A program made the position numbers and the translations under genes. 64,000 bases of DNA, taken from assembly GCA_964188305.1 (NCBI GenBank), contig OZ076889.1. One strand, written 5' to 3'. Source of the DNA: Podarcis bocagei (Eukaryota). Each line of letters begins with the position of its first letter. The stretch's first letter is position 1. A model generated the notes under the pieces. That model did not search any database. It had not been told where the DNA came from and worked only from the letters and a program-made list of their open reading frames with translations. This document shows positions 11,850-24,737 of this stretch, piece by piece.

Positions 11850-12038
11850 AAATGTGTTTTTTGCAAGAAAAGACGGAAGAGAACTGCTGGCTGTTGCGTC
11901 CAGTGCTCTCATGGCCGCTGTCCTACATCCTTCCATGTCAGCTGTGCTCAGGCAGCTGGAGTCATGATGCAACCGGATGATTGGCCTTTTGTGGTCTTCA
12001 TTACTTGTTTCAGGCACAAGATTCCATCCCAGGCAGAG
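11850..12038 (+). CDS. KDM4A: KDM4A exon 18 (PHD2)
   Basis: ttcacag|AAATGT...GCAGAG|gtaag. Encodes [57 protein letters not shown]. 189 nt. Confidence 0.96.
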
Positions 12039-12351
12039 GTAAGGTCATGGAGGCTGTTAGATTTAGTTTAACTGTTAAACTCATTTGCATATCCATACAG
12101 GGATGAAAATAGTTAGGAATCCAAAAACATGCACCAGCAAAACACATAGCACTTGGGAGGGGAAACAGTGATCTCCTTTGTTCAATGGAGGAGCATATCA
12201 TTTTAGGGCTCTGTGTTAATTTACAGCTTTGGGCAAGTTATCTTACCCTTCCTGGACATAAAATGCATTGGAAGTGCTTCGCTCCCTGAGCAGTGGTCCA
12301 TAAGCTTGGAAGTTTTATTTATCTTGACTATGGCTCTTCTTTTTTCTTCAG

Positions 12352-12522
12352 CGAGCCAAGGCTGCTCTTCAGGATCTTACCGTGGGGCAAGCAGTGATCA
12401 GCAAGCACAAGAACGGGCGTTTCTACCAATGTGAAGTGGTCAATCTGACCAAGGAAACCTTTTATGAGGTCAACTTTGATGATGGCTCCTTCAGTGACAA
12501 CTTATACCCAGAAGACATTGTG
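12352..12522 (+). CDS. KDM4A: KDM4A exon 19 (Tudor)
   Basis: ttcttcag|CGAGCC...ATTGTG|gtatg. Encodes VISKHKNGRFYQCEVV...FYEVNFDDGSFSDNLYPEDIV. 171 nt. Confidence 0.96.
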
Positions 12523-13240
12523 GTATGCTATGTAATGAAAGATCCATTCCACTAGAGGGTGTATAGTTTAAGGAAATACCTTCCTGAATGCTCATATTAC
12601 ATCTCAGTTCATATTGCTGAAGTATTAGTGTTCATTGAAGTGGGACAAATCTCTAAAGCACCTGAACAGGGCTCAGCGTATCACTTTGGGCTGTAGGATG
12701 TAGACTCTGAATGGAGCACTTAAAATGCCTGACTGCTATAAAGTACAAATACTTTCCATTTCCTCATCCTCGGTGTTTTTGTACCTTTAGCATCATTTTT
12801 TTAAAGGATGCCAGATAACACCAGCTGTGGTAGGAGCACATATCTGAAACACCAAGGATAAAGTGTTCTTTGTTTTTTATTGTTAAACCTTTACATGTAT
12901 TATTGAGAAAAAATAGGGAGAGGTATCTACGGAGATGAATTAGCCACTACTGATTCCATACTGTAGAACAGCTGTGTAGTTGTAGCACCAGATTTGAAGT
13001 GATAACAACTGCCTATTTAAGGCAGCAATGCTCTATGTGTAACACAAGTTTCATTCCTAACAGCAACTAAGAGAGAGCAGTAATTCCACTTAATGAAAGG
13101 TCTGATGCCTCCTCAATCCCCATTCATCCACTCAACTGGTAACTCTCTCCAGAGTGGGTTGGATAGTCGGCAATATTTATTCTTCCCATTTGTAAATAGA
13201 TAATGTTTATCTTTTTCAAAAAAATTATCCCACATGATAG

Positions 13241-13360
13241 AGTCAAGATTGTCTCCAAATGGGTCCTCCAGCTGGAGGTGAAGTTGTTCAAGTGAGATGG
13301 ACAGACGGCCAAGTTTATGGAGCTACATTCGTGGCTTCGCATGTTATTCAGATGTACCAG
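13241..13360 (+). CDS. KDM4A: KDM4A exon 20 (Tudor)
   Basis: catgatag|AGTCAA...TACCAG|gtaag. Encodes SQDCLQMGPPAGGEVVQVRWTDGQVYGATFVASHVIQMYQ. 120 nt. Confidence 0.95.
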
Positions 13361-13840
13361 GTAAGGACTGAGTGAGAAGGGATTATACCTCTATCTTCTG
13401 TCTCCCCTGTCTTTTTGTATGGGTTTTTTCCCCCCTGATGGCTTACTAACTTGGAGGTCTACTACTTCTGCTCAATTCACAAACTTATTTGTCAGTTGTA
13501 CAAGTGGCAGATGGCATCTAGGCTTGGCCATAGTCAAGGAGCACTGGTTGAGCTGAGCATTTGAAATTTGACTTGCTTTAATTGTGGTTGTGTGCTATGA
13601 TTCAAAATATCTGTCCAAGTCCCTTCGCAGTCCCCTCTCTTGCTGTTAGCTTGTCTTTCACCATTCCCACCCTGATGTCGCTTGAGGGCATATATGCAGA
13701 TTCAGTGTTTGTTTCTCAGCATCAGTTCAACAAATGCAGAAGCCATGAGGGGACAGATGGTAAGATGGACATTATCCTGAACTCAGGAAGGCATGGGTTA
13801 CTGTGCTCACTTGACAGTTGCCTGATTTTTCTGGATGTAG

Positions 13841-13933
13841 GTGGAATTTGAGGATGGCTCCCAGTTGATGGCAAAGAGAGATGATGTGTACACTCTTAAT
13901 GAAGAACTTCCTAAGAGGGTCAAGTCAAGGCTG
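13841..13933 (+). CDS. KDM4A: KDM4A exon 21
   Basis: gatgtag|GTGGAA...AGGCTG|gtgagt. Encodes [31 protein letters not shown]. 93 nt. Confidence 0.96.
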
Positions 13934-14346
13934 GTGAGTCAAGGAGCAGGGGAGGCTGATCCATATAGTTCTTTTCACAGAGAAGTAAAGTTATAACTCA
14001 GACCTTTCTGTGCCTGAGATAGTTCATTTCATGTAGCTATGGGCATAGGTGAATTTTAATTATTAATTTACGATGAGGGGGGCACTATATCCCTGCAAGG
14101 TGCAATCCTTGATTTTAAACAGCGATCGTGGATCTTCTCGAAACATTGTAAAATCCCTTGTAACTAGCCCTAATTTTATTTTAATGACTGGCAAACTGAA
14201 CTGATGCTTCAGAAGCTGCCATTTAAAAGTCCTGAAATTGAAAGCCCAATTGATCACCTGTTTGTGGGGATCAGCTGGGCCACCTCTAATGCAGAACATG
14301 AATGGCATTCTCATAGTAACTATTTTGGTTGATTTCTCTCCCACAG

Positions 14347-14487
14347 TCTGTTGCATCCGACATGCGCTTCACAGAGATCTTCACAGAGAAGGAGGTCAAA
14401 CAAGAAAGAAAAAGACAGAGGGTCATCAATTCACGCTACCGTGAAGATTACATTGAGCCTGCACTGTACCGGGCCATTATGGAGTAG
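14347..14487 (+). CDS. KDM4A: KDM4A last coding exon (22), with stop codon
   Basis: cccacag|TCTGTT. Encodes SVASDMRFTEIFTEKEVKQERKRQRVINSRYREDYIEPALYRAIME*, the KDM4A C-terminus. Confidence 0.96.
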   Translation, partial: SVASDMRFTEIFTEKEVKQERKRQRVINSRYREDYIEPALYRAIME

Positions 14488-17400
14488 TAGTGGAGTAGTA
14501 GCTGGCAACAGAATTGCGGTGACCACCTCCAGGTGGATCCTAGCACTCCAGCACAGCAGAGGCCAAACAGACTGTCTTTACATCCAGGTTTTTTTTAAAA
14601 AAAATAATGAAACAAACTTACCTGATTCTGCAGCACCTTGAAGGTGGTTGTCAAGTAATAGGATGGATTCGACTTTACTGGCAAACTCTAAGTCTAGAAT
14701 TTGGGAGCACTAAATTCTCTGACTTCCTGAACCATTTGGCTCACATCAGCTTGATGGCTTCACTTTTGGCAGTGAATTTCTTTTTGAAGTACAAACTCTT
14801 CTCTACCAGAGGAAAATCTTCTTAATACAACCCCAGGGAGCAACAGACAGCTGCAGTGCTATGGATGAACCCCCTGCTTTTTCCTGGATTAACTGTCTGG
14901 TTCAGGGTGTGTTTCCCAGCTCACCATGCCTGCACAAAGCTGGCAATGTCACTGGTGCTTGACAATTAATTCCTTTTTATATTTATAACCCTGTTTTTGT
15001 CATGAGCACGTGTTTTTTCAGCATCACCTCTCTCAGACGGAGCCAAGTGGGATGAAGAAGGGAGAGTGAAACTGATTAGCTCCTTTTAGTCCCTACTTCT
15101 TGAACCTTTGATTTAAGTTTTTGTCCTATTTTATATTCAGAGACTTATTTACTCATGCGTTTAATTGTAATAGTATGTGCCTATGTAATAGGAAACTGTT
15201 TGGAGCCATTTAGCACGTGCATTCCTTGGGCAAGAGAATCCTAGGAAGTACCCCTCATTAAGGCAATAAGGACCGCAGGCATTCCAGGGCCCTGGTTCTC
15301 CTGGGAAGACGAGAAGTCAGGCGCAGGCAGGTAGCAAGGATGCCTTGGAAAATAATTGTAAGCGTATCTCACTGGCATTGGCTCCAGCTTGTGGGGTGTC
15401 TTGAGTATAAGTTGAGTATTTATAAAATAAGTGCAAAGGTCAGCATTATTGGTATTTCTGTTTAGGAACTTTATGCTGGTTTTGCCCTAAACTAAGATGG
15501 TAAAAGTAGCAACAGAACTCATGTGTATTTGGTCCTATCCAAGGCGTGGAAGTTCAAGGGGTATGATTTTGGGAGAGATAAAGGGCTGCTTTTGTGCTTT
15601 ACAACAATGGGGACAACTTTACGTACGTTCCAGAGAAGAGTGCAAGCTACTTTTATAAGTATGTTATTGTAGTGTATGTAGGGCCATATCGTCATGAACA
15701 TGCCCTTATCTGACCTTGGAAGATAAAAGTACCCTCTTGTTCATTTGGCTGCTCTGGCAAAGGATGTGGTGCCACAACCCTCTGTTCAGCTATTTCTCTT
15801 GCTGTATAAAGATGTGCTGTATCGGAAATTTTAGGGATGGAGTGCCTTCTTACACAACAGACTATGTTGTGGGGTAGGCCACTGCTTCTGTATCAGCCTT
15901 GCAGTATATATTGCAAATTCTTATAATGTAATTTGACCAAATTCTCCTTCAGCTTGCAAACACAATCTTCAGGCATTTTTCTGACTCTTCTCTCCCTTTA
16001 TTAATTGTAATTTTGGTGTGGCCTGAGGCAGCCCATAACGGGGGAGGGGGGTAATATAAATCTTGATAGCCAGTATTAACTTGCTCTGTGTGTTATTTGA
16101 GAGAGTCTAGGAGTGGGGTGACTTCAGAAGCAGTGTATGTGGGATCCCTGAATGCACACACATGTACATACACACAGCAGACTGGAGGATTAGAAAAGTC
16201 ATTGCATCTCATTGATTTCTGTGACTGTCCTTTGAAGAGTGGCAGCTCCCCAAATGTATAAATCTGCCTTTGGAGAAACACTTCAAATATTCTTGAATGC
16301 TTTTCACTCCCTCAGCTATCTGGGTAGGTGGGTGGGCATACTTTTTGGTGCTTTGGGTAACAGATTCCCTCTGGTCGGTATTCTTCTGGTTCCCCAGGTA
16401 TGATATTGAAAAGCGGAGTCTTCTATCTTTCTTTTTCCCAGGAGCCTCTTCCTGTCCCAGCTGGCATTTTCTGCATCTTGATTCAGGAAGGATTGTGTTT
16501 ATTTATATACAGAAATCCTTATGTTGGCATATTTTTTAAAATATGGCTTATTTACTGTTATGCAACTGAAATAATGGGCTTTTCTGTATCAGCTTTGAAA
16601 CTGAATCATTACCTTAAATATTATCAACATACAAGGGGGATTTTTCCTTATGCTTTTGTTTCAAATTGTCTATGGGAAAAACTAGTCTAGAAGGCATTTA
16701 AATTCACCCGATAAAAATAGTCTTGAACTGTAGCTATACTGTGGCTCAGGGCCTTTTCTGAATATTTTTTAAAATGATATCGGGGTTGAATATGTGTGTC
16801 TCTGGAAATGGCTGTTCCTATTCTAGACTGTGGGTGAACCTGAAGATAGATTGCAACAGGTTAAAGTAAAACAAATTTATATTGTGTGGAGACAATATGT
16901 AAAGTACATTGTGGCTGAACCAGCACACTTTGTGAGAATTCTAAGGATTCTATCCGGAACTTACTATAAGTATTCTGCTCTACTACTATTATGGGTGTGT
17001 GTCTTGCTTCATTTAGATCAATTAAATGCATTTAATCTTAGTCAGCATAGGAGATCAGTGAAATAGCAAAGCAGGTGTCTGTCCCCCAAAATGCCAATTA
17101 TTAATTAATTTTATATAATGACTGTGGGAACTCATTTGTACTGATTTTTAATAGGCTTTTGAGGAGTTAAACTCCTTGTTATTTGCTTCTCCCCTACTTT
17201 AAATACAAATTAACTGATTAAGATGCATGAACAGCAAGGAGCAGGCTGAACAGAGTGTTACAGACATTATGTCATTATTACCCTTCTCTAAATTGGACTC
17301 CAATAATTTCTGACCTGTTTGAAGTTTTACTGGCTTTGGAATGGCAATGTGAGATGGAGACAAGATAGGCAGCTTTATGTATTGTTTTCAACCTGATCTA

Positions 17401-20143
17401 GTAATATAATTTTGGACTAGACTCAACTGATTAAATCTGAAACACTTTAACATTGTAAGCCTCATGTATTTAATTACATCATGGAACCTCTATTGCTTAT
17501 CCCAAGTTCTTCCTTTTGTATCTTTCCCAGTTACATGGTAGTTTGATCACTGTTTACTCTTAATAACCCTGGATCATCTGATTTTTCTCCTCCCCCCCCC
17601 CCAACCTTCAAGGGTCATTCCAGATATTCTGAAAATAAATGTACTGCAGTAGGGGTATGCCTTATGCACACTTGAATATACATTTGGAAGTTCATCCGGT
17701 TTTAAGCCCACAGCTCCTAATTCAGAAAATGATAGGCAGATGAAATGTGAACAGTAAGAGTGAGAATGAACAATATAGGTAAAAGGATGGAACACTTTCT
17801 TCCTCTCTATCCTCCTCCTTTTCTTGCGGGATGGGATGGGATAAACGTGATTTGCACAATGGTAATATTTCCAACTGTAAAGTGATGGGTGAACTCTCCT
17901 GAAAAAAAATTTCTCCATAGAGCAGCAGAAGTGACTAACTTGTAGTCCAACAATCTCTGGAGAATTCTGCCCTACAGAATGCTTTCAAACATACACACAC
18001 ATTGGGAAGGGGAAGGAACTTTACTACCCTCTTCCCAAGAAAAGCAACAATACTTTCTGAAAAGGGGAAAGGACAGCAAGCCGTGGGGAGGCCTTGATAA
18101 AAATGTAAGAGGCCCTGTTGGTTTCCTTAACAGGAAATTATAATATTGAGCATTTGCCTTGAAAAGCAGAGGAAACTATGAATACATGTTGCCCAGCAGG
18201 AAATTATGTTTGTGAGCATACTTTGGTGCATCATTTCCAGTGCAGAAACAGTTGGCCCTTTCTGCCACTAGTTACAACTTTAACTTTCTCAAAGGTAAGA
18301 TGGTTTGGTTGTGCTTCTGTGGCTTCTTTGGGAGAGAATTGGCAGGCAAATTCAGTTTCAAGCCAGACCTGAATTTGGCAAATCTGGTCCTTGGCTTCCA
18401 GGCCCGTGCAGAGCTTGTCTTGAGGCCCAGGGCAGAAGTCTTGTTATATAATAAAAGTTACAAAGTCAAAAAAAAAGCAGCCGGTCCAGTTACATAAGAT
18501 GGCAGAGCCACTCAGCTTACCCCTCTGAAGCCCAGGGCAAGTGTACTGAGCTGCCCACCCCCCACTCTGCACAGTCCTGCTGGCATGTACTGAGATGTGA
18601 GATGAGCTGTTTCAAAATCTGCCAAATTCATATTCACTCCCTTCGCTGCAAGTACCAGTAATTGAAATGTCTCAAAGGTGTGGGAGATGTAGCTGCTAAC
18701 AATGCTGTTCTCTAGGGTTTACCCACATGATTCTCCTTTGAAATGATTCTGGGTAACTTTTCTGGCTGCTTGCTGATTTTATTAGTGAAATACAAGCCAG
18801 CTAACCTTTCTAACTTTTGTATCTCTGCCTATAACCAAGGTTTGAATGGGATACTAGAAAGGTAAGTGAAAGGGGAAGGAAAAGTACGTGCTGGAAGGTT
18901 CATTGAGTTGTGGAGGATTGTGCACTAGTTGTAGGGCTGGTTGTGGATTTTTTGCTTCAGTTATACATGTGGAGATAGAACTTAAGGAACTCTCACTTAT
19001 TTTGAGCGGCTGTTGCATCACCAGTTGTCTCACTGTTCCATTTGCTAATCTTCTGAAAAAAGATTCCTATGGAAATATGTGAGAGAGTTGAACAGCCAAA
19101 ATTTTTCTTTGTCTGGCTAGTTTTGCAACACTCCAGCTCTCATTTTGAGGAAGACGCACAAATGCTCTTCACATATTGAAGGTCATTGCAGAAAACCAAA
19201 ATCCTCTAAAAACTAGCACAGGGAGAAAATGATTTAGGTGTGAGCAAGGGTTGTTTACACCTGAAGCCTGCTCCCAGTGACTTCCACTCTTCGGGATGAG
19301 TTTGTCACAGAAGCACTTGGCTGAAATACCATGGATCTAGCTACGTTAAATTCAACCCATTTTTCAGAAAGGTTTAGGGGCAAAGCTTACCTGTTGCAGT
19401 ACCTGCTGCTAATGCAGTCTAGATCTTCTGTCTGTCCTAGAGAACTCATTTCTGGCACATGACTTATGTGGAAGATGTCTGTCAGTGACTTCCCTCTTCT
19501 AATTAAGAACTGGTGTATGGTGTGTTAAATCTTTCTATGTATAAATCTTTCCTACACTTTGTTTTTATCCTCTCTGGCCTCATTCATGCCAAATCTCCAC
19601 AGGGACTGGGCCGATGACTAGACATTATTAAAGAAACAGGAGGGCTGCAAGGATGGAAGGTTTCATCATCTTGCCCAGGGTATATTCCTGCTCTGGGGCT
19701 GCCTTTTCTGCTCCTTGTAGAACACAGCGAGAACTGGCAGGAGGCCTAGGAGCTGTCACTACATAAAGACAGCATCTGCCTGCCACTTGCCCAGGGTATG
19801 AACATAAGGTCAGGCTTGTCCTCTCAGCTTGTGTGTGAGGCCCAGACAGGGCTGGATTGAGGCAAGCACAGTAGCTCTCTGTGCTTGTACTATGGAAGTA
19901 TGAGGAAAAGCCAACAGGAGGTGCAAGGGGAGCTCAGGGCTGGGAAGGAGAGAACTCTGCTCACTACAGCTGAGGTGAGATCTTTTAAAACTGCACTCAT
20001 CTTTGTTGTTTCTTCTTAGTAGACACTCAGACATAGAGCAGGACATGGGGAGTGGTCTGGAGAAGCCCCAGTTCTTTCACTTCCATTGTTTTCAAATCTC
20101 TCCTTTAAATGTCCTCTGTACTCTCAGAGCAGGCCGGGATAGA

Positions 20144-20446
20144 AATAAATAAACCTGCCAGTTTGCAATAAAAGCAAATAAATAGTAAATTCCTCAAACT
20201 GGTGATTGTGGACAGTTTGGGAAATGGGTCACTGGGCTGCAAGCAATTAACTGGAGGCAATGCAGCATGAGGAGCTGAAGTGCAAATATTTGGGGGCCAG
20301 ATACAAATATCAAAGACAGATTCTGCTTTCCCAATCCTCCCTGTCATGCATGCTCTATATATTTTTTTTGTCAACTGCTCTGTGGTGCTTTAATAAATTT
20401 ATTAGCCTACCTTTTGAGTTCAAACTGAAACACACAATGTAATAAA
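20144..20446 (+). terminator. Cluster of six AATAAA hexamers; candidate distal polyadenylation region
   Basis: AATAAA at 20144, 20148, 20167, 20177, 20392 and 20441. Use is not demonstrated. Confidence 0.3.
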
Positions 20447-20593
20447 AATCAACATTTTAAAAAAGCCAATAATGGTTTGATTTTTTAAAAAAGCAAGAGT
20501 CTGTACTCAGGATTTGTTAATAGCTTCTAGCATAGCTAGACACAACTGCCCTGTGGTTTCATATGGGTCTTGGGGCTGAGGTGGGGGGTTGCA

Positions 20594-20596
<3 letters not shown>

Positions 20597-20654
<58 letters not shown>
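20597..20654. repeat. Compound (TC)n(TG)n microsatellite
   Basis: Read directly. Confidence 0.95.
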
Positions 20655-20656
<2 letters not shown>

Positions 20657-20710
20657 GTAGTCCTGAATAGGATCAGAGTTTTGCTTCTCCTAGATGGGTT
20701 ACTTTCCCAG

Positions 20711-20944
20711 GTTGACAAGCCTCACCTGCCTTTCATTTCCATCTACAACATGTGCAGAAACCACATTTTTGACCGCTGGACCTACTATTGGTCTCATCCA
20801 CTCAATCTGTTGCAGCCTGTCTACACATGCAGGGGAAGTCCAACACTGGGTTTGAGACCCATTGGCTACCCGCGCCTGGTTCAGCCAGCCAGTCGAAGCT
20901 GTTCCTGGTGTGTGTGGCCGCTGTCGCATGCTGACAGCTTCTAG
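20711..20944 (+). CDS. Candidate coding exon of an unrecognised small protein
   Basis: Acceptors end at 20693 and 20710. 77 open codons with C/G-rich third positions and retained CpGs, a stop, then donor CAG|gtgagg at 20953. No homologue recognised. Confidence 0.35.
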   Translation, partial: VDKPHLPFISIYNMCRNHIFDRWTYYWSHPLNLLQPVYTCRGSPTLGLRPIGYPRLVQPASRSCSWCVWPLSHADSF

Positions 20945-21601
20945 GAGGCACAGGTGAGGGCTGAGAGCAGGATGAGGACCAGAGGCAGACACACTGCCCC
21001 AGAAGGAGCACAGTGTGACTTTCACCACAGGTACTACCCCTCCTCTCTAATGAAAATAATATATGGATGGGGAAGCATGAAGATTTCATTGAACAAGGTT
21101 GAAGAAAGGGTAACCACTGTTTACCAAAATGCCGATGTGATAAAACCAGTTGGGTGCTGTGTAGCATGAATAGCTACCGAATGATAAGGAATGGCAACAC
21201 ATATGGGAAGCAAGCCTGAGCAAGTTTCTGCAGTGCTCATATCACCCAGAAGAGAGTCAGGGAAGATGCTCTAGCCCTGTGGACTTGTAAAGAGCTTCAG
21301 TGTCTCCCTGTGTTGTCTCTTGCTTTGGCTTAGCGGAGCATAACAGGAGTATTGGGGAATGGGAAATGCAGCTCTATGGAGACCATGCTCACAGCAGCAT
21401 TTTTCCTTCTCCCCACAACCATTTCCATCATGGAAGAAGGGAATTTTTCTCTGTATACTATGCCTGTTTTTTTGTTTTGTTTTATTTTTTACTTCTCTGA
21501 ATGTCTTCATTTTAAGATTTCTCTTCTACCCTAGTAACTCTGGCCTCCCACTAAGATTCAGTACAGCTTGTGCTATGCTATTTGAATATATTCTTTACAA
21601 T

Positions 21602-21821
21602 ATTTATTAGTCATAGCGTTTGTAGCCCACCTTTTTCTCTAAAGATCTCAAGATGACGCACATGGTTCTCTCTCTCCTCACTTAATCCTCACAACAGTTC
21701 TGTGAGGCAGGATAAGCTGAAGGCAGCGACTGGCCCAAGGTCACACAGTGAGTTTCATGGTTGAGTGGGGATTTGAACCCAGTTCCTAGTCCAACTCTTT
21801 AACCACAACACAATACTGGCT
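21602..21821 (-). mobile_element. Old Squam3/MIR-like (CORE-type) tRNA-derived SINE
   Basis: Contains aatcctcacaaca..ctgtgagg, gactggcccaaggtcacacag and ggatttgaaccc (reverse B box), typical of MIR-like SINEs. Confidence 0.75.
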
Positions 21822-23522
21822 GGTGTGGCAGCTACCTTGGGTTAAGCAGACTTATGAAACTGCATTTCCCTAAAGTGTGGATAGTAATGGTCAGGAGCTA
21901 TTTTGGCATGCAAGTGGTATATAAATAAAGGAAGTCACCCTGGGTATCTTCATATGTTGTGTGCTGATGAAAGAGTCCCAGAGCCCAGTGAGTCCCTCAG
22001 CAGCAAACAGTGTTTATGGGGAACTGTTAGCATTCATTTGTTTTCTAATCTATGCTATGAATGCTCTGCTGCTTGCAGACACTCTTGGGTTACCTGTCTG
22101 GCCTCAGCTCAGGGACGTAATAAGAAGTGGGCTTACTTGCAAGCTGTTCTTTGTGAATTGTGGTGATTCACAGGAGACCTCAGGGAAGGCTGCTTGCCAG
22201 CAATTAATGCCCTGAAGACTCAGAGGGCATTGTCCCATAGCAACATTGCTCTGCCAGAGCTCTGTGCCTGTATGGGAGGGGGGAGTGGTGGAGCATAGGC
22301 AGGCAGATTGGAGTACAAAGCAATTTAATTAGCTGTGAGCCTTCTTGTATGTCTCTTAGGGAAGCAGTACTTGGCAGATTGAATGCTCACTCCCACTACC
22401 CTGATCGTGGTGGATGGAATAGTGAAACTGCTGAAGAAGAAGAAACCTTGCAGACCTTGCCTTCCTGTGCTGGGACAGAATTTGTATCAACTCCAATATC
22501 CTAAAAGGATGACTTTGATTGTGTAGGCTGCAAATATTCCATACCATTAAATTCTGCACCATAAGAACTAAAATGCTGGATAAATTATGGGCTGAGTGGA
22601 TTTATAAATCAAGGTAGGAATGTTCATGATTTGCTGCCTGCATCAGTGGGGCATCATGTCACACTGCAGGGTGCTTCGTAGGTCTGATGTGGTACCATAT
22701 AGTGCCACTTTTAATCTAGCAAGCACTCAGCATGAACTGACCTTAGCACTCCAGAGGCCCCTTGAACCCCTGTCCATGTAACACGGGGGAGAGGTGGTGG
22801 CCAGATGAAAGCAGAATGTCTGAGCTTACAGGCACAGTACTGGCCAGGCCCAAAGTTGTCATGGTGTTATTCCTAGTTGACTAGCACACCTTCCAGTGCT
22901 AAATAGCAGGATGTCACAGAATCCTTTGCATTAGACATCCATGCAGCATCCTGTGTCTTTTGTCTGAGATGTCAGAAGTCTTGTGTGCTGCTAAGCACTT
23001 CATCACATGCCATTTCTGACCAAGCAGGTGCACTGCCCAAAATGAGATGTTCCTGTTGCTAGGCAACTGCCCAGTGTTGTCCCCTCCTCACTCTGTTTCC
23101 CTCCCCAAATATCCATGCAGCCAGGACTAAAATGTAATAGCAGTGGTGGACCAGCTAATTAGACATGGGCGTAATGCTTGGCCCCCTGTGCTTTAACATT
23201 ATGGAACATGAAGCATGCGCCCAGGAGACACGGTGCTAAGTGAAGGGATGTGAAGACAAAGGCTTTCTTTTGCATGAGTCACCAGCTATCTACCAACAGT
23301 CTATCCAGTACTACAGGCAAACACCTCCACCTGAAAGATACTCTTTCCTGCCAAGGGGCAATAACACAACACCACCAGGCGTTCTGCAGATAGCAATGTA
23401 AACAATTCATATGCCTTGTACATGTTTTGCTGTTGCTGACCTCCACACATTTATACATGCATTATACCTTTGTACATGTGTACTCTAGGCAAAAACCTGC
23501 CTCTGAGTGACTTGCTCCACTG

Positions 23523-23531
23523 ATAATAATT

Positions 23532-23598
<67 letters not shown>

Positions 23599-23685
23599 TT
23601 ATTTATACCCCGCCCATCTGGCTGGGTTTCCCCAGCCACTCTGGGCAGCTTCCAACTGAATATTAAAAACAATAAAACAATACTG
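23523..23685 (-). mobile_element. LINE (L2-like) 3' terminus with expanded (TAA)n tail
   Basis: (TAA)n at 23523-23597, then TTTATACCCCGCCCATCTGGCTGGGTTTCCCCAGCCACTCTGGGCAGCTTCC. The same motif recurs on + at about 24935-24992 and 27182-27218. Confidence 0.7.
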
Positions 23686-24737
23686 AAGAACAAATCTCTC
23701 CATAGATTCTTCCCTCCTGTAGCAGGTATATGCAGCCTATGCTGGAGTATTCGCCTGCCATAGGGGTGGGAGAGAAAGGAGGTTTTTTGGGGGGCTGATT
23801 ACTCTGTTGCAGATTGACAGTTCAGCTTTTACTCTCTGAAGAAGTGCCAGGATAACAGATGCTGTTGCATGAATTCAGTCATCCTGCTCCCGGGGATATT
23901 TTTAGGTCCGCTCGTGAACAAGCATAGAATTTGGAACCTGAGCCTTCAGCTCCTTTCAGAGTCAGCAGTTCAGAATGGCAAAGCAGTTTTGGCAGTCTGT
24001 CGCTAAGGAAGATGCTTCGGAATCCAGGTGAGGCCAGGGCTCAGCAATTCAAGGTAGGATTTGGGGATGGGGGAGCACTCTCATTTGAAAAGCAACTCTG
24101 ACCGCAAAAGAGAGATTCCACTGCAGGAACAGCATTGCCATTAATATATCTCTTGACTGTAGGGGATTTGGGGAGTGTCAAAAAGCCACTGTTCAAGATC
24201 TGGTTGTGTTTTTATAATATTCAGAGCTGGATATGGTGCACTGTGGTGTGGGTGTATTGTACAGCTGGTAGCAAATGCAAAACAAACTGATTAGATGTGT
24301 ATAGAAATAGATTTGCAGATATGAATCCGAGTGAATGCAGAAAATATGCCAGGGCTGCTGCTTGTGAGAGATCAGCACATGATATACTATTCAGATGGCT
24401 TATCTGTGAACATGTTTCAAATTCCTAAAAATGTCACAGGTTCTATCACAAAGAGCACTGTGTGAAATAGTCCACCCTAGAAAGCGCTGGCACTCTTAAA
24501 ATGCATGAATGCTTTTGGAAGAAGCTGGGGGTGGGGTGGGAAGAACTCGTGCAATCATACAGAGCAGAAACAATATCATGGCTAAATCTGGCCAATTGCA
24601 TCCTGAAAGTTTCCAAGCAAACAGCCAATCATAGAAGCAAGAGAGTTCTAATACATTCTTTTCAGGTATCTCTCTGATCTCCAACAGGTTCTAACAGTTA
24701 TTCTCTAATCAGCTGATTTAAGTTAGATAATTTCAGA

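Noticed and set aside
23451-23693. Poly-Leu ORF resembling a signal or membrane segment
   Set aside because: It is a translation of the (TAA)n microsatellite. Likewise poly-Glu at 38980-39279 and the His-Thr/Cys-Val runs at 20536-20718 and 55323-55984.
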